Assembly (NCBI GenBank): GCA_018649885.1
Contig: JABIHA010000073.1
Coordinates: forward strand, 1 to 64,000
From: Bacteriovoracaceae bacterium
GTDB taxonomy: Bacteria > Bdellovibrionota > Bacteriovoracia > Bacteriovoracales > Bacteriovoracaceae
DNA length: 64,000 nucleotides
Direction: 5' to 3'
Shown in pieces: positions 49,996 to 59,542 of the stretch; the stretch's first letter is position 1, and every line of letters begins with the position of its first letter. The notes below the pieces were generated by a model. The model was not told the DNA's origin, ran no database searches, and saw only the letters and a program-made list of their open reading frames with translations. Made by a program: the position numbers and the translations under genes.

Positions 49996-51437
49996 GGGAC
50001 TGTTGAAAAAGTCTATTTTGGCCTTGTTTTTTAGATAAATCTTTGAAAAAATATTTTTTCACAGAAGGATTTATAATGCGCGGCCGTATAAACTCCCAGC
50101 CCACTCTCTTTTCCACTATAAATATTGAAGAATTTGTTCCTCAGGATCACTACCTTAGGAAATTGGATAAAGTCATTGATTTAAATATTATTCGAAAATC
50201 AACTGATAAGTTTTATTCAAATGGGCATGGCCGCCCTGCAATTCCAGCAGAGATTTTCTTTAGAACGCAAATTATTTACTATCTGTATGGAATAAAGTCT
50301 GAGAGACAATTATGTGAACAATTGCAATTTAATTTGGCCTATAGATGGTTTTGTCGAATTCCTCTTGAGGATGAAGTTCCTCATCATTCAAGTCTCTCTA
50401 AAATTAGAAGCCGTTTTGGAGAAGAGGTTTTTAAAGAAATCTTTGAAGGTCTAATAAAAAAATGGGTTAAAGAAAAAGTTGTTAATGGTGACAGGATAAT
50501 AGCGGACGGTAGTTTGCTTGTAGCAGATGCCTCACTGGACTCGACAATTAGGAAGGATGGGAAAAAGCATAAAAAAGACGGTAGTAATAAGGATCGATAT
50601 TCAAATTCGACTCATCAACATGTTCAGGATAAAGAAGCTCAAATTGTGGGAAGACCAGGATTCACCAAAAAACTTTGCTATAAAACACATTACTCAATTG
50701 ATGCGAAGTCGAGAATAATTCTTGATTGCTATGGAACCCCCGGAGCCACTCCTGAATGTACCGTTTTTATTTCTCGAATTGATTACATAAAAAACAATCT
50801 GGGTCTAAGTCCAAAGGAGGTACTGGCAGATAGTGGTTATGGAAGTGGAGCTATTTATAAGGCTTTAGAGGATAGAGGTATCAGAAGCTACATTCCATTG
50901 CATCGTTCGAAGGCAAGAAAAAAAGAAATTAGAAAAAATGGATTTAGTTATGATAAATCAAAAGACAGAATCAAATGCCCTAAAGGGCACTACCTTTATC
51001 CTCATAATTATACTTACAGAAATATGCAAAAGTATCGAATGGTTGGAGGCCACTGCAACGGGTGTCCTATGGAAGACAAGTGTTTATCTAAAACACAACA
51101 ACATCGGGCACTAACTTTGGATCGAGGAATTTATGAAGATTATTCTTATCGGGTAACAAAGAGGCAAGAATCGAAGTTATTTAAAAAAAGGCTTAATGAG
51201 AGAAAATGGAAGGTAGAAGGGTTATTTGGAAAAGCAAAGAGGAACCATGGACTTCATAGACTTAAATATAGGGGCCTGAAAAAGGTTAGCATACAAATGT
51301 TTATGACAGCAATCGTTCAGAATTTAAAAAGGGTGGCCAATAAATGTGAAATATCACTCAATGAAAGTTTATCCTTCTATTTAAAAAATCATTGTTTGGA
51401 AATAATTCATTAAAAATGATGGTTTTTCAACAGTCCC
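49996..51437 (+). mobile_element. IS1182-family insertion sequence, 1442 bp
   Basis: Perfect 15-bp TIRs GGGACTGTTGAAAAA (49996-50010) and TTTTTCAACAGTCCC (51423-51437); 4-bp TSD ATGC at 49992-49995 and 51438-51441. Confidence 0.95.
50076..51413 (+). CDS. IS1182-family DDE transposase
   Basis: VPQDHYLR, GRPAIP, YRWFC..VPHHSSLS, ADGS, ADSGYG, CPKG..CNGC..C and RKWKVEGLFG motifs; ATG at 50076 after GAAGGA. Confidence 0.93.
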   Translation: MRGRINSQPTLFSTINIEEFVPQDHYLRKLDKVIDLNIIRKSTDKFYSNGHGRPAIPAEIFFRTQIIYYLYGIKSERQLCEQLQFNLAYRWFCRIPLEDEVPHHSSLSKIRSRFGEEVFKEIFEGLIKKWVKEKVVNGDRIIADGSLLVADASLDSTIRKDGKKHKKDGSNKDRYSNSTHQHVQDKEAQIVGRPGFTKKLCYKTHYSIDAKSRIILDCYGTPGATPECTVFISRIDYIKNNLGLSPKEVLADSGYGSGAIYKALEDRGIRSYIPLHRSKARKKEIRKNGFSYDKSKDRIKCPKGHYLYPHNYTYRNMQKYRMVGGHCNGCPMEDKCLSKTQQHRALTLDRGIYEDYSYRVTKRQESKLFKKRLNERKWKVEGLFGKAKRNHGLHRLKYRGLKKVSIQMFMTAIVQNLKRVANKCEISLNESLSFYLKNHCLEIIH

Positions 51438-51663
51438 ATGCTCAAACTGTAATACAAGAGCGGCCATACTCGCCCTATCACAACAAAAAATGGATCCTTA
51501 TATAAATCAAAGCTAAAAAATAGCTACATTATCACAAACTCATTTTCTGAAAGACATTCGACAATCGAATTGCGCGCTAACAAAGGTAACTTCAAAGTCC
51601 CCGACGAACTCTAAGCTCAATCTACTCTTTGCTAGATTAAAAAGATCCTCCATCAACGAATAC

Positions 51664-52005
51664 TCACCCAATAGCATCTTCTCCACTCTCCCCAGTTCTT
51701 ATACGGTAGGTTTCCTCTATAGGGATTACAAAAATCTTACCATCCCCTATAGAGCCTGTTTTACCAGCGTCTATGATGCAGCCAACTACCTTCTCACAAA
51801 AATCATTGTTGACGGCGATTTCGACACGTATCTTTTTCATCAAATCCACCTCCATTTCGACTCCCCGGTAGGTTTCTAGAAAACCATCTTCCTCGCTGTG
51901 GCCAAATGCATCGACCACAGAGAATCGGTGGATATCATTTTGATAGAGGACTTCCTTTAGTGGATTGAGTTTATCTGGTTGTATATAAGCTATAATTAAT
52001 TTCAT
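51664..52005 (-). CDS. glnK: P-II family nitrogen regulator
   Basis: MKLIIAYIQP, YRG, TGSIGDGKIFV and RIRTGE motifs; follows amtB; start 52005. Confidence 0.9.
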   Translation of the reverse strand: MKLIIAYIQPDKLNPLKEVLYQNDIHRFSVVDAFGHSEEDGFLETYRGVEMEVDLMKKIRVEIAVNNDFCEKVVGCIIDAGKTGSIGDGKIFVIPIEETYRIRTGESGEDAIG

Positions 52006-52015
52006 GATACCTTCC

Positions 52016-53338
52016 TTATTTACTTGTGTAGTAGGCCTCAAGGCCGTGCTCTTCAATATCAAGTCCTCTGTACTCCTCATCCGCTGTGGCACGAAGGCCG
52101 AAAACCTTTTTAATCAATGCGAATAAGAGATAACCAGTTCCAAAGGCCCAAATAAAAGCTGAACCTATTCCTATTAATTGCGAAAGTGTTTGGGAAAATC
52201 CACCTCCGTAAAAAAGACCAAGGTTTACTTGTCCTATACCGAGAGTTTTATCTGCGTGAAAAAGACCCACAGCAAGCGTTCCCCAGACCCCACAAACTCC
52301 GTGGACACTAATAGCACCAACAGGATCATCTACTTTTAACTTTTTTTCTATAAAGAGAATACTCAGTACAACTAACACTCCAGCAATAGAGCCAACAAAA
52401 ATCGCGGCCATTGCCGTTAAATTAGCACATCCTGCAGTTATTCCCACAAGGCCTGCAAGGGCGCCGTTTAAACTCATTGAAGCATCTGGTTTTTTAAATA
52501 ATATCCATGCCGTAATCATTGAAGTAATAGCACCGGCGGCTCCCGATAAATTTGTGATCATAGCAATTCTGCCAATAGACCCATCCCCTACCGTTGTACT
52601 ACCTGCATTGAAACCAAACCATCCAAACCACAAAATAAAAACCCCAAGGGCCGCAAAGGGAATATTGTGTCCAGGGATAGCGCGAGGATTTCCATTAGGG
52701 TCAAACTTACCTTTTCTTGGACCAATCACAAGAGCACCTGCAAGAGCTAACCATCCTCCCACTGAGTGAACTACAGTAGAGCCTGCAAAATCTAAAAAGG
52801 CACCCGAAGATAAACTCTCAAGCCACCCTCCACCTGATCCCAAACTCCCCCAGGCCCATCCTCCAAAGACAGGATAAATAAAGGCCGTAATGACGACACC
52901 GTAAACGAGGTAGCTAGTAAATTTAGTTCTTTCGGCCATGGCGCCTGAAACAATGGTGGCAGCAGTGCCAGCGAATACAGTTTGAAAAAGTGCAAAAGTA
53001 TAATTCCAATCATTACCAGTGGTTCCTGAAAGAAAAAATCCTGTTGTCCCTAAGAAGCCTTCACTTTTACCAAACATAAAAGCGGCTCCCACCATAAAAA
53101 AACAAAGACTTCCTATGCTGAAATCCATCAAGTTTTTCATAATAATATTGATGGCATTTTTGGCCCGAGTCAGACCAATTTCCACCATGGCAAAACCAGC
53201 TTGCATAAAGAAAACCAAACATGCGGCCAGTAGAGTCCAAACAGTATTTAAATTTGTCTGCAGCGTTTCAAGACTTAAAGGGTCGGCCAAAGATTGAGGA
53301 ATTGTGAGGATCAAAAGCTTTATTAAAGCAACGCCCAT
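52016..53338 (-). CDS. amtB: Ammonium transporter
   Basis: FMQAGF, DFAGSTVVH, LWFGWFGFN and DDPVGAISVHG (twin His) motifs. Confidence 0.96.
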   Translation of the reverse strand: MGVALIKLLILTIPQSLADPLSLETLQTNLNTVWTLLAACLVFFMQAGFAMVEIGLTRAKNAINIIMKNLMDFSIGSLCFFMVGAAFMFGKSEGFLGTTGFFLSGTTGNDWNYTFALFQTVFAGTAATIVSGAMAERTKFTSYLVYGVVITAFIYPVFGGWAWGSLGSGGGWLESLSSGAFLDFAGSTVVHSVGGWLALAGALVIGPRKGKFDPNGNPRAIPGHNIPFAALGVFILWFGWFGFNAGSTTVGDGSIGRIAMITNLSGAAGAITSMITAWILFKKPDASMSLNGALAGLVGITAGCANLTAMAAIFVGSIAGVLVVLSILFIEKKLKVDDPVGAISVHGVCGVWGTLAVGLFHADKTLGIGQVNLGLFYGGGFSQTLSQLIGIGSAFIWAFGTGYLLFALIKKVFGLRATADEEYRGLDIEEHGLEAYYTSK

Positions 53339-53497
53339 AAGTGCACCTCCGTGTGTGTGTGTGGTATAAACGGATTTTCGCTAATTAAAATCGATATTTC
53401 AAATAAAAAAGTCTGACGGCCGCCAGATTTTGGAAAGAATCTAAATTAAGCTAGGGGCCGAATGGATCTACGGCCCATGAAAAAAATGAGATTGAAC

Positions 53498-54364
53498 TTA
53501 TGGTTTGTACCAACATAAAGGCCTTAGACCTTTTTTGTGGCCTCTTTTCCTTGAACAAGTTGCAACATTTGGATCGGCATTGGAGACATCTTTATAGTGG
53601 TCTTGAGTGCATAATGAGGCTGCATAATAGGTATCCATTCTACATTGAGGCGCCGGGTGCTTGTCATTTGTCTTGGCCACCTTGCCTGCATCAGGAGTAT
53701 CAAATTTTGGTGCACTTGGAAGCTTTCTTAAGGCCTGAAATAAATTAGACAGACTTTGTCCCGCCATTGCTGATCTCATGCATATGGCTGCTTCTTCTGC
53801 GTCTGCATACTGCCCGTTACAACTTGCACGTGCAATGGGGTCGATTTTCATCTTGGACACAATAGTGACATTGTCATCGGCCTCCATATATTTTCTCATG
53901 CACTTTAGATTTCCAAAATAATCGGCTTGACCTTCATTAGAGGCCCACAGTGGAAAAATAAGGGCCTTGAGTTTTGGTGCGCCTCCTAAGTGGTGTCCCA
54001 TCTCGTGACATAGAACAAGAGCAAAGCCATCACTAGTTACTGTGCTATGTCTGGCCAGTCCCCCAAACATAGATACTTTCCAAGTAAAGAATTCTCTTTG
54101 TGCATAGGCATTAACTGTTCCATCAGACCACTTTCTAACAACTTTTAAAGAGGCCCATTTCTTTTTCACGATGGGAGCATAAATTTTTTCAACTCTATCA
54201 ATAACTCTATTAAATTCGGCCTTATCAATACCACTAATCCCTGAAAGCTCAGGTCCAATCCACATATTATTTTCTTCTACAATTCCAGACTTTCCCATTG
54301 GATCACAGGCAAAGGCATTTCCCACTAGCACCAATGATAGCAGCAAAGTGATTGTCATCTTCAT
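53498..54364 (-). CDS. Secreted zinc metallopeptidase (M48-like HEXXH)
   Basis: Signal peptide; VNAYA, LCHEMGHHLGG, NEGQADY and HPAPQCR motifs. Confidence 0.8.
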   Translation of the reverse strand: MKMTITLLLSLVLVGNAFACDPMGKSGIVEENNMWIGPELSGISGIDKAEFNRVIDRVEKIYAPIVKKKWASLKVVRKWSDGTVNAYAQREFFTWKVSMFGGLARHSTVTSDGFALVLCHEMGHHLGGAPKLKALIFPLWASNEGQADYFGNLKCMRKYMEADDNVTIVSKMKIDPIARASCNGQYADAEEAAICMRSAMAGQSLSNLFQALRKLPSAPKFDTPDAGKVAKTNDKHPAPQCRMDTYYAASLCTQDHYKDVSNADPNVATCSRKRGHKKGLRPLCWYKP

Positions 54365-54446
54365 GATTAACTCCCCAAAAATTCATAGTTTTTGCTTTCA
54401 TCTATTGTGAAGGCCATGGTGGGGTCTTGTCTAATTTAAAAGTTTT

Positions 54447-54719
54447 TTACTCAGGTTTGCTAGCAAGAGGTTTGATATTTTGCTCATAGAAATAGATCAC
54501 TTGATCTTGAACTTTATCAGAAATAGATCGGTCTAGGATTCTAAACTGGTTGTACCATTTTCCGTCCTTCCCTTTCTTACTTGGGTAGGAAACAAAGGGA
54601 CCATTTTTTCCAGTCATGATTTGCACTTCCACTTCAAACACATCGTCCATAATGATCCGTCCAAAGGCCAAAGACTTTCCCACTTCACTTTTTCTCAAAT
54701 CAAAACCTGTTACTTTCAC
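54447..54719 (-). CDS. spoVG: SpoVG family nucleic-acid-binding protein
   Basis: LAFGRIIMDD..GKNGPFVSYPSKK..DGKWY; AGGAG SD + GTG. Confidence 0.85.
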   Translation of the reverse strand: MKVTGFDLRKSEVGKSLAFGRIIMDDVFEVEVQIMTGKNGPFVSYPSKKGKDGKWYNQFRILDRSISDKVQDQVIYFYEQNIKPLASKPE

Positions 54720-54789
54720 AGCTGTGCACTCCTATATAAATTGATTAGAGGGATTATCGCTGGGTAGCGATCATATTTAAAGTCTTTTC

Positions 54790-55518
54790 TCAAATAACTG
54801 GAATATTGAATAAACTCACTAGTGCCCAAAGGGTTACGGCCGAAAAAATGGGGATTGTAATATTGTCGTCTACCTTCATAGGGATCATCTCGAAGGCCGT
54901 ACCCAGGACTGCCGCAATGAATGACATTAAAACGATTGTTAGACGCATGCCTTCAGTGACTGTCAAAAAGGGCACTAAAACACATACAAAGTTGGCCACA
55001 AAAAAGGCAGCTGAACCCTCAACACTTTTCCCCTCGGCAATTTTGCGCTTACCAAATGAAATCCCTATTATAGCTGAAAGAGGATCGGCAAAGCCCAGAG
55101 TCAATATAGAGGCAATGGCTATGATCTTGGGAAAGCTCAGTATGGTAAGTAAAATGGCCATGGCATAAGGCACAGAGGCCGATTCCTTAAGTTGCTCTTC
55201 TGCTCTCAAAAAATACTTAGTTACCGGAGCCAGTTTTTTATTGAGATTGGGATAGGCCACTCTAATTTGCTCTATAATATAAAAACTGCAGGCAAAGGTT
55301 CCTAGTATATAGACGGCCTGTTGATGCGAAAGAAAGTAGCCGTATAAGACAGTACAGACAAGACTATTACTCATATGAAAGCCACGCCTTGCAAGCTGTA
55401 GGCTATTTCTTGTGGAACGTATGTGAGAGCTCACAGACCCTGTGGCACTCACCTTCGGGGTAACATCGGGTTCTGCCTGAGTAGCAGATTCCCCTTCTTT
55501 CAACTGATCATTTTCCAT
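54790..55518 (-). CDS. CTP-dependent diacylglycerol/phytol/dolichol kinase family membrane protein
   Basis: RRGFH, LRAEE, ADPLSAIIG, KSVEGS and DDNITIP motifs. Confidence 0.88.
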   Translation of the reverse strand: MENDQLKEGESATQAEPDVTPKVSATGSVSSHIRSTRNSLQLARRGFHMSNSLVCTVLYGYFLSHQQAVYILGTFACSFYIIEQIRVAYPNLNKKLAPVTKYFLRAEEQLKESASVPYAMAILLTILSFPKIIAIASILTLGFADPLSAIIGISFGKRKIAEGKSVEGSAAFFVANFVCVLVPFLTVTEGMRLTIVLMSFIAAVLGTAFEMIPMKVDDNITIPIFSAVTLWALVSLFNIPVI

Positions 55519-55633
55519 AGTGTCTTTTCGGTTTAAATGATTTCAATGTGACTATAGCAAAGTTGTTTAACAAATCATTTAAGTATTTGTAAAAATAGGA
55601 CAGCACAGAGGAATCTGCGAATATCAAAATAGA

Positions 55634-56647
55634 TTATTTCTTCCCCATTGAAAGCAAAAACTCAGCCCCAGCTTGCTGGGAGCTAAACGACTCTTTTGAG
55701 TCAATCTCTCCCCAATTGTGCTCAACAAGACATTGCCCTATAGCTCCACCCACAGTAGTACCAGGCCCTGTCAAAAGAAGATGGTCAGGAGCAAACTCTT
55801 TGAGTGCAACTTCAATGGACTTACTAAAATCGTAGGTAGAGACCACCTGGCGCTCAAGAGTGTATATGTAGAGTTCAGTGAGATTAGTGGAGTGTGGGTA
55901 ATATATTTTTCCCCTCCCATCAATAAGAGGCAACTGAGGTGCGGAAAATAAATCGGCTCCCAAGGCCTTGAATGCCTTCCCAGGAACTTCCGCTAGAAGT
56001 GGCGTATGGAAGGCCTTTGTTCCCAGCAATTTAAAAGGGAATCTCTCGTGAACTTTAGGTAGTGTGCTCATCAATTTTTTTATGCCGGAGCTACTTCCTC
56101 CAACTACAGCGTAACCTCCAAATCGAATAGAAATATAGGCACTCTCATTTTTGTTAGGATCTAGCGCAGCTACGTTGTCGTCCAAAATCTTAGAAAGAGA
56201 GGAATCTTTTTTCCAACTTTCATCTACTAATGGAAAAATCAACTGAGCTCCATGGCCATACTTTGCAGTCAAATCTCCCATGGTATGAATTAAATTAATA
56301 GCACCACTTGTATCAAGAACACCAGAGGCGGCCAAGGCCAAGTACCATCCCATGGAATTTCCACACATCGCCACAACTTCGTACTGGTCTGGATCAAGAG
56401 AATAAAAATCGCAAAGGGCACAGGTATAAATCAAATGAGCTGCATTTTCTGCACTATTAAATACAACGGGATCAAATTTATCCATGGCGTCTAACTGAGA
56501 TACTTCTACCAGGCCCTGTTCTTTTCTAAATTGATCGACTGAATTAATGAAATTCTTCTTATCCCCATGATATTTTTTTAAATGGCCAAGCTCGCTTTTA
56601 TTATAGGTTCCCCTACCAGGAAAAACGACTACCACCTTCTTTTTCAT
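55634..56647 (-). CDS. FabD-like acyltransferase (ACP S-malonyltransferase-like)
   Basis: VFPGRG, GNSMG nucleophile, AFHTPL and GPG motifs; overlaps the E1 stop codon. Confidence 0.85.
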   Translation of the reverse strand: MKKKVVVVFPGRGTYNKSELGHLKKYHGDKKNFINSVDQFRKEQGLVEVSQLDAMDKFDPVVFNSAENAAHLIYTCALCDFYSLDPDQYEVVAMCGNSMGWYLALAASGVLDTSGAINLIHTMGDLTAKYGHGAQLIFPLVDESWKKDSSLSKILDDNVAALDPNKNESAYISIRFGGYAVVGGSSSGIKKLMSTLPKVHERFPFKLLGTKAFHTPLLAEVPGKAFKALGADLFSAPQLPLIDGRGKIYYPHSTNLTELYIYTLERQVVSTYDFSKSIEVALKEFAPDHLLLTGPGTTVGGAIGQCLVEHNWGEIDSKESFSSQQAGAEFLLSMGKK

Positions 56648-58842
56648 TTTTCCTCCAAGAAGGTTTTTATGGTCTCTGCAATTTCCTCCGCAGAGGGAAG
56701 TACAAATTCAGCTGCAGTTCCTAAAGGGATGAAACAATCTTTGCCGTGCACCCTTTTTAACCTGGGAACAGGATTCAGCTTCTCTATCATCAGTGTCATA
56801 AGCTCTTCACTGTATGAGCCACTTTTTCTGCCTTCATCAACAATCAAGATCTTTTTAAATCCCTTAAGCTCATCCATCACGTCATTTTGTTCCAAGTCAG
56901 ACAGCCACTTTAAATCAAAGAGTTTGGCCCCAGCTTTAAGTGGTGAAGAGAGTGAGTCCATGGCCATTTGGCAAAGTTTTACCCCGTTGCCGTAAGTAAC
57001 GATAGCTATTTCACCACCATTTCCATAACTTGTGTGACAATTTAAATCTGCCATCTCGTCAGGATCAGGATAAATAAATGTATAGAGCCCATCTTTAGGG
57101 GCCAATAAGTCACGAGCATTATAAAGAGCAATGGGTTCTAAAAAAATTACCACTCTTTTATGATACCAAGCTTCATAAAAGGCCCTTCTCAGCATTTTGA
57201 CAGCGTCTGCTCCATTTGAAGGACAGGCAATGATCACCCCGGGAAGATCCCTAAGAACACTGAGAGAATTATCATTATGAAAGTGACCTCCAAAACCTTT
57301 TTGATATCCTAGTGAAGGTATTCTCACCACCATGCCATTACCAAATTGGCCTTTGGAAAAAAATGAAAGAGTTGCTGCTTCACCTCGGATTTGGTCCTCG
57401 GCATTGTGAAGATAGGCCAGGAATTGAATCTCACAAATGGGAAGAAGATCATTGTGAGCAAGACCTATAGCAGTGCCCAGTATTGACTGCTCATCCAGTA
57501 AGGAATTAAAGACTCTCCTACCGCCGAATTTTTTCTGAAGCCCAGCTGTGACATGATAGACCCCACCTTTTTTGGCCACATCTTCACCAAAAACAAGGGA
57601 CTGTGGGTACTCAAGCATTAAATCCACAAGAGCAAAATTAATAAGCTTATTCATGGGCCATGGATTTTTTAAAAGCTCATAGTCTTTTCCAAATGTGTTT
57701 TGCCTTAAAAGATCTGATACTTCCTTTGTGCCTTTTTGATTTCTTTTTATGGGAAAAATAGACTCCATCACCTCTTCAGCACTTGTAAGCTTTGGTCTTT
57801 TGATACAAATATCCCCCACTCTATCAATTTGAGATTTTAATCTATTGTATAAACCTAATATTTCAGAAATTCCGAGTGTTTGGGTGTCGAGCATTATCCT
57901 AGCAGAAAATAAAAGAGGATCACGGGCCTCATTTTCTTCCAATTCACTCTTTGATAAATAAAGAGATTCAATATCTGATCCCGCATGACCCATCAAGCGA
58001 GTGGTTTTAATATGAAGAAAACTCGGCTTGCGATATTTTCTGGAGTATTCCACTGCACGCTTAGAAACAGCGTAGGCGTCAACAAGATTAGTTCCATCGG
58101 CGTAAAAATATTTAATCCCATGTCTATTAGATTGCGTGGCCTTTACCCAGTTTGCAGGAGTGGCCGTTGATATTCCCAGACCATTGTCTTCGCAAACAAA
58201 AACAATAGGCATTGAAACATTTTGATAGGCTACCCAAATAGCACAATTGATGGCGCCTTGAGAGGTGGAATGATTGAGAGAAGCATCACCAAAATTACAC
58301 AAGACAATACTTGATTTTGGCATAACTGCTTCCACACCAAGAGCGCTTGCTCTATCAATAGACAGTGCCGCTCCCACCGCTTTTGGCAAGTGAGAGGCAA
58401 TAGTAGATGTTTGAGGCGGAATAAATAAGCTTTTTGAACCCAAAACCTTGTGCCTTCCCCCTGAAATGGGGTCCTCTGCAGAAGCTGCAAAAGAGAGAAG
58501 CAAATCATAAATAATAGTCTGTCCTGGTAGTTTTTTACTTCTTTGAATCATCAGGGCAGCGCTTCTGTAGTGTAAAAAGGCCATATCTTCAAGGTCGCAC
58601 ACTTCACCTAGAACGGCATTACCTTCGTGTCCGCTCGATCCAATTGTATAAAAACTCTCAGAGTTGGCCTTAAGCGAGCGCGATTTAAAATCCAAAAGCC
58701 TGCTGGTAAGCTGACTTTCAAATAACTCAACCAGTTTCCATTTAGGTGGCAAATCGTCTGCCTGAATGATCACATCAGGAAGTCTGCCAGAGCCAAGCTT
58801 ATTTAAAAAGTTTTTTTCAACAATTTGGGTTCTGCTAAACAT
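56644..58842 (-). CDS. Fused alpha/beta 2-oxoacid (probably branched-chain) dehydrogenase E1, TPP-dependent
   Basis: GHEG, FGDAS..DN TPP motif, GHAGSD, FGEDV, EIQF..Y and GGHFH motifs. Confidence 0.92.
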   Translation of the reverse strand: MFSRTQIVEKNFLNKLGSGRLPDVIIQADDLPPKWKLVELFESQLTSRLLDFKSRSLKANSESFYTIGSSGHEGNAVLGEVCDLEDMAFLHYRSAALMIQRSKKLPGQTIIYDLLLSFAASAEDPISGGRHKVLGSKSLFIPPQTSTIASHLPKAVGAALSIDRASALGVEAVMPKSSIVLCNFGDASLNHSTSQGAINCAIWVAYQNVSMPIVFVCEDNGLGISTATPANWVKATQSNRHGIKYFYADGTNLVDAYAVSKRAVEYSRKYRKPSFLHIKTTRLMGHAGSDIESLYLSKSELEENEARDPLLFSARIMLDTQTLGISEILGLYNRLKSQIDRVGDICIKRPKLTSAEEVMESIFPIKRNQKGTKEVSDLLRQNTFGKDYELLKNPWPMNKLINFALVDLMLEYPQSLVFGEDVAKKGGVYHVTAGLQKKFGGRRVFNSLLDEQSILGTAIGLAHNDLLPICEIQFLAYLHNAEDQIRGEAATLSFFSKGQFGNGMVVRIPSLGYQKGFGGHFHNDNSLSVLRDLPGVIIACPSNGADAVKMLRRAFYEAWYHKRVVIFLEPIALYNARDLLAPKDGLYTFIYPDPDEMADLNCHTSYGNGGEIAIVTYGNGVKLCQMAMDSLSSPLKAGAKLFDLKWLSDLEQNDVMDELKGFKKILIVDEGRKSGSYSEELMTLMIEKLNPVPRLKRVHGKDCFIPLGTAAEFVLPSAEEIAETIKTFLEEK

Positions 58843-58845
58843 AAA

Positions 58846-59436
58846 CTACTTTTCCCAACCCCATTCAATTCGACCGCACTTATCCACGCCATCTTCAAAG
58901 ACAATATGTTTTTGATAGCCCAGCTTTTTACAAAACGCGGTATCAAAAAATTGAAAATAGGTATCGAGGCAGGGTGCACGGTTATCTTCTATGCTTTCAT
59001 CATAGAGTGGATCTGAGTACTGATAAATAATCTTTGACCACTTCTTTTTTGACTGGAAACACTTCCACCCCAACTTTTTGCGGTAAATGTCCCAATTCCA
59101 CCAACCAGGCTGTCTTCCCCAATCCGTAGTTTTATAGGTGTTGAAACCATCATTATTAGTGCACTGTCTTTTTTTGACATGATAGGATCTCTTTTTATCC
59201 ACACACAAAAGATTGTAATGAGTATGAGTGGTGACGCAATAATCGGCGCCCTGAAGATTCATCTCCTCTAACTTTAGATCACCATCTGTCTTGCAGTACT
59301 TACTTGTGATTTCAATGAATACTTCTTTTCGAGGAATATTTTGAACATTAGATTCTTTGACCTTTATGTTTTTGCCTAAGTTGCTGGCAACTACAGGACC
59401 TATGCACAAAGAAAAAATCATAAACATTAGTTTCAA
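58846..59436 (-). CDS. Secreted Cys/Trp-rich hypothetical protein
   Basis: 196-aa ORF with signal-like N-terminus; stop lies 3 nt before the E1 start. Confidence 0.65.
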   Translation of the reverse strand: MKLMFMIFSLCIGPVVASNLGKNIKVKESNVQNIPRKEVFIEITSKYCKTDGDLKLEEMNLQGADYCVTTHTHYNLLCVDKKRSYHVKKRQCTNNDGFNTYKTTDWGRQPGWWNWDIYRKKLGWKCFQSKKKWSKIIYQYSDPLYDESIEDNRAPCLDTYFQFFDTAFCKKLGYQKHIVFEDGVDKCGRIEWGWEK

Positions 59437-59451
59437 GGCAGTGACCTACAA

Positions 59452-59480
59452 TAAAACAAAGGCCCGAGTATCGAGCCTTT
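59452..59480 (-). terminator. Intrinsic terminator
   Basis: Minus strand reads AAAGGCTCGA-tac-TCGGGCCTTT followed by GTTTTA. Confidence 0.6.
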
Positions 59481-59542
59481 TATGTATTGTAATATGATAA
59501 GGTTTTAGTTTAAGAATTCCAACTATTTAAAAGCTTATGCGG

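Larger units (their letters stand above)
49212..51516 (+). pseudogene. DUF222-like HNH endonuclease pseudogene (two frameshifts, interrupted by IS)
   Basis: GGGAGG SD + TTG at 49212 (MSLQNLSDEKLI.., stop 49301); frame 2 LRHINEVNRRRLF..TLTNLA (stop 49546); frame 3 ..HFDHIIPYSTGG..NMRQLC, then IS, then SNCNTRAAI..INQS* ending 51516. Confidence 0.88.

Noticed and set aside
49588..50034. 148-aa ORF as an intact HNH gene
   Set aside because: It is the middle fragment of the pseudogene, and its last 12 residues are read from the IS left end
52006..52092. N-terminal extension of P-II in the ORF track
   Set aside because: Overlaps amtB; the canonical start at 52005 has an SD
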